Shown here in pieces: positions 55,620 to 64,000 of a DNA stretch of 64,000 nt. Numbering within the stretch: position 1 is the first letter of the stretch; each line of letters starts with the position of its first letter. A program made the position numbers and the translations under genes. The notes under the pieces were generated by a model that was given only the letters and a program-made list of their open reading frames with translations, had not been told where the DNA came from and ran no database searches. The stretch is from an uncultured Clostridium sp. (GTDB lineage: Bacteria > Bacillota > Clostridia > TANB77 > CAG-508): contig CABVAF010000001.1 of the NCBI GenBank assembly GCA_902496295.1, forward strand, positions 196,568-260,567, in the 5' to 3' direction.

Positions 55620-56522
55620 TTTCCTTCCTACTACAACAAATCTTCCGTCTTCAGTATAATATGAGCATGTAGTTAAAGTAATTAATTCATCTCCATATTC
55701 TGCGGTTTCTTCAATATTATATATGGCTTCTCTTTTAATATTTTTAATAAAATTATTATATTCTTTTTCACTATTCGAATTCATGAAATTGTAATACTTA
55801 AATACATCTTCATCATTCTTGCTATACACCTTCGACCTAAAAACAGCTATAATGCTATATTCTGCATCTTCATCTGCTGTAGTAAATCTTATTGTAGGGT
55901 GCGCTTTATAAAAATCTTCTTCAATATACTTAGTTAAATCTGTAAACATTTCATTATTAATCATGTAATGTCCATATATCATCAAATTATTTCCTGCTAT
56001 GTTCCAGTTATAATTACTATCTAAAAAAATCGCGCCTCGCTCTGCATTATCTCCTTTATAATTATGTGTTAGATAAAAATCATTATCTTTCCCCTGTACT
56101 ACAGGATAGCTTATATGTGTATCTTCTATTTCAATCCACCCAACTATATTTTTATATTCCTCTTTAAGCTTTTTAACTTGTGCCATTCTTTTAATAGATT
56201 CCGCTTCTCTTTCTCTTCTTATTTCTTCTTCACTTTTTTCCTCACTTTTTATTTCTTCATTGTCACTTTCACTGTTACTTTGATTACTCTTCTCATTACT
56301 TTCTCCACTGTTTTCATCGCTTTCTTTTTGCATTCCAGCAATCTCTTCTTCCACATCTACCGAATTCAGCAAGTCCCTATCTTTCTCTGCTTCCTTTTTG
56401 CTTGCAAAACTCTTTGCAATATACAAACTAGATAATATAATCAAAAATATTAAAATTAAATATATTATTCTATTTAAAATTTTATTCTTATCAATATTTT
56501 TTTCTTTATCCAATCTCTTCAC
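55605..56522 (-). CDS. srtB: Class B sortase with extended acidic N-terminal linker
   Basis: IVGWIEIEDTHISYPVVQGKDNDFYLTHNY, GAIFLD, catalytic TLTTCSY. TM anchor plus an S/E-rich linker of about 60 aa. Confidence 0.85.
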   Translation of the reverse strand: MKRLDKEKNIDKNKILNRIIYLILIFLIILSSLYIAKSFASKKEAEKDRDLLNSVDVEEEIAGMQKESDENSGESNEKSNQSNSESDNEEIKSEEKSEEEIRREREAESIKRMAQVKKLKEEYKNIVGWIEIEDTHISYPVVQGKDNDFYLTHNYKGDNAERGAIFLDSNYNWNIAGNNLMIYGHYMINNEMFTDLTKYIEEDFYKAHPTIRFTTADEDAEYSIIAVFRSKVYSKNDEDVFKYYNFMNSNSEKEYNNFIKNIKREAIYNIEETAEYGDELITLTTCSYYTEDGRFVVVGRKKVIE

Positions 56523-56579
56523 CTCATATATCCACTATGCCAATAACTTAGCCTTATGCTTCAAATTTTATTATAAAGA

Positions 56580-56602
56580 CTGCTAGCAAAATTTGCTGGC
56601 AG
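56580..56602 (-). terminator. Hairpin downstream of the surface-protein gene
   Basis: CTGCTAGCAAA pairs with TTTGCTGGCAG (one G-U pair). T-rich tract after it on the minus strand. Confidence 0.45.
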
Positions 56603-56667
56603 CCTTTTAATATTTGTTATAGTATTCAACTAATTATTAGCCCTGCTACATAAAACTTTATATTTTA

Positions 56668-57783
56668 CTATTTTGTTTCTCTTTTTTTCATATAAGCAAT
56701 TCCGGCTGTTGAAGCTATAATTGTTAGTATTGCAAGTCCTAAATAACTTTCAACTCCTGTTTTTGGAACATCATCTTTTTCTTCTTCATTTACTTCAGGT
56801 GTTTCTTCTTTTATTTCAGCTGTCCTAGCATAAATAGTTGTATCATTGTCTAATTTAGTATTAAAATCAAAAGCATTTGTATAACTTTCATCTGTAAAGA
56901 AACCATCAATTTCATATCCTTCTGGAACTTCTATATGTGATTTTAATAATTCAGCTGTAACAGTTGCACCTTTGTCTACAGTAATTTTATTTGATGTTTC
57001 TCCTCTTATCAATGTTACAACAACCTTTGGAGCATCTGTATTAGGTGTTGCTGTTTCTGGTATAGCATTTTCTGAAATAACATTATTGTTTTCGTCTGTT
57101 AAAACAACCTTATCCCCAGCTATAACAACTTTATTTGTTGTATTTTCTGTATTTGTTACTGTAAATTCTGTAAGATTTCCATTTGTTGCTGGACGAACTA
57201 CGTTTTCATTTACATCAGATGTTAAAGTTCCATTCATTGTTAATGTTGGATTATTTGTAGCTGCTGCACCTTTGTCTATCTCTATTCCGTTGTTTGTGTC
57301 TGTTCCATTAAATCCCAAGTGTAAGTCTATAACTTCTACATTACCACCATTTACTAAAACTCCACCATATCTAAATCCTACTATTGAAACATTATTTAAT
57401 ATAACAGTTGCACCATCATATGCTTGTACACCATATTTAGGACCATTATTTAAGTCTATGTCTTTTAATGTAAGTTTCCCTGCTGCCAATTGAGCTGTAA
57501 ACATTGTTTGATTGCCAGATGTTGATGTCCATTCTGTAGAACCTGCAACAGTGTATCCATTACCATCTATTGTAAGTGTTTTTTGTATTACAATAGGTCC
57601 TGTTACTGTTATGTTATTTTGTAACTCAACTGTACCACCATCGTCAACATTTTGTATAGCTGAAATTAAACTTGCTTCGTCTGTGGCAGTTTCTGTACTT
57701 GCAGCATTACTAGTAATTGGAATAAAAAGCAATGCGAGCATAATTAATGTTAAAAATAACATTATTTTAATTGTGTTTTTCAT
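56668..57783 (-). CDS. Sortase-anchored surface protein: beta-helix-like N-domain, Listeria-Bacteroides (InlB B-type) repeat, VPKTG sorting signal
   Basis: Signal peptide ...TSNA|AS. LQNNITVTGPIVIQKTLTIDGNGYTV. EGYEIDGFFTDESYTNAFDFNTKLDNDTTIYA. VPKTG (56755-56769) plus TM plus KKRETK. Confidence 0.65.
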   Translation of the reverse strand: MKNTIKIMLFLTLIMLALLFIPITSNAASTETATDEASLISAIQNVDDGGTVELQNNITVTGPIVIQKTLTIDGNGYTVAGSTEWTSTSGNQTMFTAQLAAGKLTLKDIDLNNGPKYGVQAYDGATVILNNVSIVGFRYGGVLVNGGNVEVIDLHLGFNGTDTNNGIEIDKGAAATNNPTLTMNGTLTSDVNENVVRPATNGNLTEFTVTNTENTTNKVVIAGDKVVLTDENNNVISENAIPETATPNTDAPKVVVTLIRGETSNKITVDKGATVTAELLKSHIEVPEGYEIDGFFTDESYTNAFDFNTKLDNDTTIYARTAEIKEETPEVNEEEKDDVPKTGVESYLGLAILTIIASTAGIAYMKKRETK

Positions 57784-58064
57784 TTCAAACCTCCTAAATT
57801 ATATTTTTATAGTAACTTTGCTATAGCATTTTTACTATATTTACAATTTATTTTGTCAATTTTTTTGTTTTTTATTTATATTTATTTAATTTAAAATTTT
57901 CCAAAATTAAATTTACATATAAAAAAAACACCAAGTAGTATATGAATTTAACTTAAAAGTTTCTAACTTTTGAAGCATAGTTCATTATTCTACTTAGTGT
58001 TTTACATTTTTATATTTTAGTTTCATGCTTTTAACTTAATACTTAAATAATTCCTACATACTTT

Positions 58065-58646
58065 TTAAATATTTTCAATATCTTCCCTTAATTTGTTTAA
58101 TGCTATTCTTCTACTACTTATTTTATTTTTATCTTCTGAATCTAATTCTGCTAAAGTTTTACCACTATCCAACTCAAAAATTTCATCAAAGCCAAATCCA
58201 TTGTCTCCTCTTTTATTTTCTGCTATATATCCATTTAGCTCTCCAATGTATGTTTTTTCTTCTCCATTAGGTTTAACTAGCGCAATACAAGTAACAACTT
58301 TAGCTGTTCTTTCATCTTTCTTTTTATCTCCTAATTTTTCTAAAAGATATGTATTTCTTTCTTCTTGAGTAGCATTTTCTCCCAAAAATCTTGCTGTATA
58401 CACTCCTGGAAATCCATCTAATGAGTCAATACATAATCCACTATCATCTGCAATACATATTTTATCTGCTACTTTGCATATTTCTCTTGCTTTTTTCAAC
58501 GCATTTCCTTCAAAGGAGTCTTTGTCTTCTTCAACTTCTACATTTATACCTGCTTCTTTTAGAGATAAAAGTTTATATTCTTTCAAAATTTCTTCTAGTT
58601 CTTTTATTTTTCCTTTATTATTTGTTGCTAATATTATTTCTTCCAT
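58065..58646 (-). CDS. rdgB: Non-canonical purine NTP pyrophosphatase (RdgB/HAM1)
   Basis: 193 aa. ATNNKGKIKE, DSGL, FGFDEIF (FGYDPIF-like). Confidence 0.9.
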   Translation of the reverse strand: MEEIILATNNKGKIKELEEILKEYKLLSLKEAGINVEVEEDKDSFEGNALKKAREICKVADKICIADDSGLCIDSLDGFPGVYTARFLGENATQEERNTYLLEKLGDKKKDERTAKVVTCIALVKPNGEEKTYIGELNGYIAENKRGDNGFGFDEIFELDSGKTLAELDSEDKNKISSRRIALNKLREDIENI

Positions 58647-58734
58647 ATGCCATTCTCCTTTATGTAAAATAGAGAAACTATAATTATTAGTGAACCTTTC
58701 ACTATAAATATGTTTCCCTACTTTAATTTTTCAA

Positions 58735-59088
58735 TTAATATAATAAATTTGTAGTAGTCATTAATCCAAAAGTTCCAAAGCCTACTGCTGCAAATATAAC
58801 CACAATTATAATAATCAACAAATATACAACAAAGAATGATCTTGCATAATTCTTTCTGTTAATATTTGAATTATCAAATGCAAATATAATTAAGAATATC
58901 CATCCTATAAGTGGTATTGCAAAAAGTATGTTGTATCCAAAGTATGCCCAAGGTGAAAGTGGTCTATAATGTGATGGAATACTTGGGTCATTTTTGTAAT
59001 TATAGTTAGGATTTGGATTTTGGTTGAAATTACCATTTTGATTGTAATTTCCGTTTGGAACATTATTAAAATTATTATTTTGGTCCAT
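58735..59088 (-). CDS. Hypothetical membrane protein with N/Q-rich N-terminus
   Basis: 117 aa. About 35 aa of N/Q/P/Y low complexity, then 2-3 TM helices. Confidence 0.45.
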   Translation of the reverse strand: MDQNNNFNNVPNGNYNQNGNFNQNPNPNYNYKNDPSIPSHYRPLSPWAYFGYNILFAIPLIGWIFLIIFAFDNSNINRKNYARSFFVVYLLIIIIVVIFAAVGFGTFGLMTTTNLLY

Positions 59089-59139
59089 ATTTTTCTCCCC
59101 CTTTTATTATATTTATAATTACTGTTAATATAACATTAA

Positions 59140-61764
59140 TTATCTAGGATTTTTAATTGCTGCTTGTGCTGCTGCTAAACGTGCTATAGGCACTCTAAAT
59201 GGTGAACATGACACATATGTTAGTCCTACATCATGGCAAAATTCTACTGTTGGTGGGTTTCCTCCATGCTCTCCGCAAATTCCAAGTTTTATATCTGGTC
59301 TTGTTTTCTTTCCTAAGTCAACTGCCATTTTTACTAGCTTTCCTACACCTTTTTGGTCTATTCTTGCAAATGGGTCAAATTCATAAATTTTCTTCTCATA
59401 ATATGAATCTAAGAATTTTCCTGCATCATCACGGCTAAATCCAAATGTCATTTGTGTTAAATCATTTGTACCAAATGAGAAGAATTCAGCTTCTGTAGCA
59501 ATTTCATCTGCTGTTAATGCTGCTCTAGGTATTTCTATCATTGTGCCAACATGATACTCAAGTTCAACTCCTGCATCAGCAATTTCTTTATCTGCTGTTT
59601 TTGTAATTATGTCTTTAACGTATTTTAGCTCTTTTATTTCTCCTGCAAGAGGTATCATAATTTCTGGTACTACATTCATTCCTTCTTTATTAACATTTAT
59701 AGCAGCTTGTATAATTGCTTTTGTTTGCATAACTCCTATTTCTGGATATGTTACATCTAGTCTACATCCACGATGTCCCATCATAGGATTAAATTCATGT
59801 AAACCAACAACTATATTTTTAAGTTCATCAAATGTCATTCCCATGTCTTTTGCTAGTTGGTCAATTTCCTCATCAGTATGAGGTAAAAATTCGTGAAGTG
59901 GTGGATCTAATAATCTAATTGTTACAGGATATCCCCTCATAGATTTATATAATCCCTCAAAATCTTCTCTTTGCATAGGTAACAACTTCTCTAATGCTTT
60001 TTCTCTTTGTTCTACTGTTTTTGAAACTATCATTTCTCTTATTGCAGCAATTCTTTCTGGCGCAAAGAACATATGCTCTGTTCTACATAAACCAATTCCT
60101 TCTGCTCCAAATTTATATGCTGTAATTGCATCTCTTGGAATATCTGCATTTGCTCTTACTCCCATTTGTCTATATTGGTCTGCCCAATTCATTAATTTTT
60201 CGAAGTTTCCTGAAATTGAAGGTTCTTCTGTTTCTATCTTTTCACCATATACATTTCCTGTTGAGCCATCTAATGAAATATAGTCACCTTCATGATATAC
60301 TCTACCTTCTGAATCTGTAAATGTCTTTTCTTCTTCATTTATAGAAACACCATCACATCCAGATACACAACATGTTCCCATTCCTCTTGCAACAACTGCT
60401 GCATGTGACGTCATACCACCTCTTAGTGTCAAAACTCCATGGCATACATTCATTCCATCTATATCTTCTGGTGATGTTTCAAGTCTTACTAATATTAAAT
60501 CTTTTTCTCCTGCATTATGCTTGTTTACAGCATCCTCTGCTGTGAATACTACTTTACCTGTTGCCGCACCTGGTGATGCTGCTAATCCTTTTGCTATAAC
60601 TTTTGCAGCTGCTAATTTTTCTCCATTGAATACTGGATGTAGTAATTGTTCTAATTGGTTTGGCTCAACTCTTAAAACAGCTTCTTTTTCAGTTATCATA
60701 CCTTCATTTACTAGGTCAACTGCAATTCTTAAAGCTGCTGTAGCTGTTCTTTTACCATTTCTAGTTTGCAAGAAATACAACTTTCCTCTTTCTATAGTAA
60801 ACTCCATATCTTGCATATCTTTGTAATGTTCTTCTAGTTTACGAGAATACATTGCAAAGTCATCATAAGCTTGTCTATTTACTTCTGCTAATGTGTCTAT
60901 TGGTTGAGGTGTTCTAACTCCTGAAACAACGTCTTCGCCTTGTGCATTCATTAAATATTCTCCAAATAGCTTGTTTTCACCGGTTGCTGGGTTACGAGTA
61001 AATGCAACACCTGTACCACAGTCATCTCCCATATTCCCAAATACCATTTCTTGTACGTTTACTGCTGTTCCCCAATCTCCTGGTATGTCGTTTAGCCTTC
61101 TATAAGTTATGGCTCTTGGATTATTCCATGAACGGAATACTGCTTTTACAGCTTCTATTAATTGAGCTTGTGGCTCCTGTGGAAAGTCTTCATTTATATG
61201 TGATTTATAAATTTCTTTAAATATATTAATTAATTGTTTTAAATCATTTGCATCAAGCTCTGTATCTTGTTTTACACCTTTTGCGTTTTTAGCTTTGTCT
61301 ATTTCTTCTTCAAATAAGTTTTTTGGTACTTCTTTTACTACATCGCTGTACATTTGAATAAATCTTCTATAGCTATCGTACGCAAACCTTTCATTCTTTT
61401 GTGCCATAGATTCTACAACCTGGTCATTTATTCCTAGGTTTAATATTGTATCCATCATTCCTGGCATAGATGCTCTTGCTCCTGAACGAACAGAAACTAA
61501 TAACGGATTTTCTATATCTCCAAATTTCTTACCAGAAATATTTTCAAGCTCTTTTAATGCTTCAAAAATTTGGTTTAATACCTCATCTGATATTGTTTCT
61601 TTGTCTTCATAATATTTTATGCAAGCTTCTGTTGTAACTGTAAACCCTTGTGGTATAGGCAATCCTAAGTTTGTCATTTCTGCTAAGTTTGCACCTTTAC
61701 CTCCAAGCAATTCCCTCATTGAAGCATTGCCTTCCTTAAATAAATATACATATTTTTTGTCCAT
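59140..61764 (-). CDS. ppdK: Pyruvate, phosphate dikinase
   Basis: The track starts at 61827, but AAAGGAGGAAAC precedes ATG 61764 (MDKKYVYLFKEGNASMRELLGGKGANLAEM). Phospho-His loop GGMTSHAAVVARG. C-terminal CGEHGG. Confidence 0.94.
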   Translation of the reverse strand: MDKKYVYLFKEGNASMRELLGGKGANLAEMTNLGLPIPQGFTVTTEACIKYYEDKETISDEVLNQIFEALKELENISGKKFGDIENPLLVSVRSGARASMPGMMDTILNLGINDQVVESMAQKNERFAYDSYRRFIQMYSDVVKEVPKNLFEEEIDKAKNAKGVKQDTELDANDLKQLINIFKEIYKSHINEDFPQEPQAQLIEAVKAVFRSWNNPRAITYRRLNDIPGDWGTAVNVQEMVFGNMGDDCGTGVAFTRNPATGENKLFGEYLMNAQGEDVVSGVRTPQPIDTLAEVNRQAYDDFAMYSRKLEEHYKDMQDMEFTIERGKLYFLQTRNGKRTATAALRIAVDLVNEGMITEKEAVLRVEPNQLEQLLHPVFNGEKLAAAKVIAKGLAASPGAATGKVVFTAEDAVNKHNAGEKDLILVRLETSPEDIDGMNVCHGVLTLRGGMTSHAAVVARGMGTCCVSGCDGVSINEEEKTFTDSEGRVYHEGDYISLDGSTGNVYGEKIETEEPSISGNFEKLMNWADQYRQMGVRANADIPRDAITAYKFGAEGIGLCRTEHMFFAPERIAAIREMIVSKTVEQREKALEKLLPMQREDFEGLYKSMRGYPVTIRLLDPPLHEFLPHTDEEIDQLAKDMGMTFDELKNIVVGLHEFNPMMGHRGCRLDVTYPEIGVMQTKAIIQAAINVNKEGMNVVPEIMIPLAGEIKELKYVKDIITKTADKEIADAGVELEYHVGTMIEIPRAALTADEIATEAEFFSFGTNDLTQMTFGFSRDDAGKFLDSYYEKKIYEFDPFARIDQKGVGKLVKMAVDLGKKTRPDIKLGICGEHGGNPPTVEFCHDVGLTYVSCSPFRVPIARLAAAQAAIKNPR

Positions 61765-61828
61765 TGTTTCCTCCTTTAAAATTTTATATCTATACATAAC
61801 ATGCGTAGAAAAGCACATATTATACATA

Positions 61829-64000
61829 TTATTTCATATGTTTTGGCTTATGGTGTTTACCTAATTTATTGTTTTTATTTCTTCTTATAGCTGATTTTCT
61901 TTGAATGTTTTCTAAATTTTCATTATTATCCTTGTCAAAATAAGATTTTGTTTTATTCTTATTTTCTTCACAATATTCTTGTTCGTCTAACAAATCTTCT
62001 TGATTATATTCTGTTTTATAGTCTTCTTCAGGCTCTATAATTTTTGGCTCTACAAAACTATCTTCTTCATAATCATTAAATTTTAAATTTTTATAGTTAA
62101 TAATTTCATTAACATCATCTAAATCATTTTTTTCTAAAATGTTATCTTTTTCAAATTCTTCTTGTAATTCATACTCTTTTTTATTGTCCTTAATACCTTG
62201 TTGTAACTTTTTACTTTCATTTACTAGCTCTTCAATTTCCGTTGCACTTATTTTATTGTTATCAAGTGCCAACTTAATTTCAGCTATATTTAATGGTTGT
62301 GTATTTTCCATATTTACATTGCCTGAATTTATCATAGTTTCTCTTGTTTTATCTGCAATGTCATCTGTATATAATTTCTGACATTCTTCTTCATAATCTT
62401 GGTATTCTTTATATATTCCTATTTTTACTAATATTGGATATACTTTACTTCCAAAAGGAATCATTAGAATATCTTCTTTTTTCAATGATTTTGTTAATAA
62501 TATCATTGATGCATAAATTAGTACTCCACAAAGTATTGATATTATTGTTGCAACATTTGCGTTTATAACATTTGAAAGACCTATATCTATAAAATATACA
62601 AGAACTCCCATTGTAATGGCAGATATTATTGGTTTTAAAATATTATCTTTAAAGTTTAAGTTTAACCTTATACTTTTCCTTAAACTTGTAAAGCATATTG
62701 TAAATGAAACAATTTGACATACAATTGAACTTATTCCTGCACCAATTATTCCTATATTAGGATTACTAATTAATATAATATTTAAAATAAATTTAATTAA
62801 CGCTCCAACTGCCAAAGCTATTGCCGGTGTTTTAGTTTTATTTAGTCCATATAATCCACCATTAATTGTTTGGCTTAATGCTATAAATATCATTGAAATA
62901 GAATATAGCATTAAAATGCTAGCTCCATCAGATGCTGTTGGATATATTAAATTTAAAATTGGTTGTGCTAGTGCAATAAAACCTGCTGCACATGGTAAAA
63001 CTATTATAAGTGATGAAAATAATGAAAAACTTAATCTTTTAGAGGCTGTTTTATGGTCTTTTTTGGCAATTGCTGCTGCTATAGCTGGTGTAAGAGCAGT
63101 AGAAAATGCTACGTTTATTGCTACTGGCAGTCCAACTAATGTATCCATTTTAGCAAGAATACCAGTCATATTCATTGCATATTGCTCTAACGCTTCTTTT
63201 CCTCCTGTAATTATTGAAGCAAATGCTGTCTGAATACATCTACTAACTGTCGAAGAATCTATTATTGGATTTACAACAGATATAACAGAACTTATTGTAA
63301 TTGGTATAGACATTGCTAAGATTGCTTTTAATAACTGTCCGTTAGTTTTGTTTTTCTCTGGTGAAACTTGTTTTTTACTTACTTTTAATTTTCTTTTCCT
63401 ATAATATATAATTAAGTACATAAATGTAATAATAATTGCTAATGTTGAAGATAAGTTTCCACCAGCAGCCATTATATAGGGTTCTTTTCCTATTAGAGCA
63501 TACACAAATGTTATAGATAATACACAATTAAAAAACTGCTCTAAAATTTGTGATGCACTTGTTGGTTTCATATCATTTTGACCTGCAAAGTATCCTCTAA
63601 ACACAGCAGAAGCTGCAACAAACACTATTGCAGGTGCTAAAACTTGCATTACATATTTTACATCTGGCACATTAAATACAAGTGTAGCTATTGGTCCTGC
63701 TGCAAAAAACAGCAATAATGAAAATGCTAACCCTAGACTTACAAAGAATGTCATACTTATTTTAAATACTCTTTGTGCGCCTTTATTATCCCCTATAGCT
63801 ATTCTTTCAGAAACCATTTTGGAAACAACACTTGGAATTCCTATAGAAGAAAGTGCTAAAAGTAAAGAATATATTTGGTATCCAGTAGAATAATACCCAA
63901 GTCCAGTATTTCCAAATCCCTCTGCATTTGTAATTACAAGCCTATATATTAAACCCAATAATTTTACAGATATTTGTGCAAACATTAAGATTAAAACATT
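61829..64000 (-). CDS. MOP-superfamily polysaccharide/lipid II flippase-like protein (SpoVB/MurJ-like) with long acidic C-terminal tail; 5' end beyond the window
   Basis: The frame stays open upstream of the track Met (…NVLILMFAQ…) to base 64000. About 12 or more TM helices, then about 190 aa of D/E/K/N-rich tail ending KHHKPKHMK. Confidence 0.72.
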   Translation of the reverse strand, partial: NVLILMFAQISVKLLGLIYRLVITNAEGFGNTGLGYYSTGYQIYSLLLALSSIGIPSVVSKMVSERIAIGDNKGAQRVFKISMTFFVSLGLAFSLLLFFAAGPIATLVFNVPDVKYVMQVLAPAIVFVAASAVFRGYFAGQNDMKPTSASQILEQFFNCVLSITFVYALIGKEPYIMAAGGNLSSTLAIIITFMYLIIYYRKRKLKVSKKQVSPEKNKTNGQLLKAILAMSIPITISSVISVVNPIIDSSTVSRCIQTAFASIITGGKEALEQYAMNMTGILAKMDTLVGLPVAINVAFSTALTPAIAAAIAKKDHKTASKRLSFSLFSSLIIVLPCAAGFIALAQPILNLIYPTASDGASILMLYSISMIFIALSQTINGGLYGLNKTKTPAIALAVGALIKFILNIILISNPNIGIIGAGISSIVCQIVSFTICFTSLRKSIRLNLNFKDNILKPIISAITMGVLVYFIDIGLSNVINANVATIISILCGVLIYASMILLTKSLKKEDILMIPFGSKVYPILVKIGIYKEYQDYEEECQKLYTDDIADKTRETMINSGNVNMENTQPLNIAEIKLALDNNKISATEIEELVNESKKLQQGIKDNKKEYELQEEFEKDNILEKNDLDDVNEIINYKNLKFNDYEEDSFVEPKIIEPEEDYKTEYNQEDLLDEQEYCEENKNKTKSYFDKDNNENLENIQRKSAIRRNKNNKLGKHHKPKHMK

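Overview
Low-GC Clostridia-type Firmicute chromosome segment (hand counts give about 20-35% G+C in ordinary genes), transcribed almost entirely on the minus strand. The first 32 kb is mostly housekeeping. It holds two paralogous tyrosine recombinases (one cut by the window edge and absent from the ORF track), an MFS transporter, an orphan dpaB, and mnmA-tcdA. It also holds a sufCBDSU operon led by a DtxR-like regulator, a PBP, pta-ackA split by a small membrane ORF, an RluA-family synthase, type-A RNase P RNA, and der-plsY-gpsA. The remaining genes there are an alpha-amylase, dCMP deaminase, rpmF, a MATE::cytidylate-kinase-like fusion, DUF1653 and asnB. From 32.4 to 55.5 kb lies a roughly 23-kb, 20-gene, single-strand Wzx/Wzy-type capsule/EPS locus. 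It encodes an LCP protein, a priming sugar transferase, five glycosyltransferases, an EpsG-type polymerase, a flippase and two FrhB-like/pyruvyl-transferase pairs. It also encodes an uncharacterised PP-loop/QueC-like protein, an acetyltransferase, a dockerin-bearing clan GH-A hydrolase beside an LPQTG-anchored cohesin-like protein, and CpsC/D/B. Downstream come a class B sortase, a second sortase substrate (VPKTG), rdgB, ppdK and a truncated MOP-family flippase. The most anomalous signals are two roughly 0.65-kb single-gene islands (4.6-5.2 kb and 12.7-13.3 kb). Both have about 45% G+C, foreign codon usage, GC-rich terminators and orphan proteins I cannot assign to any family. One of them ends in mutually exclusive hairpins just upstream of dpaB. 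I saw no rRNA, tRNA, CRISPR array, transposase or recognisable defence system. All family calls come from motif recognition by eye, not database searches.
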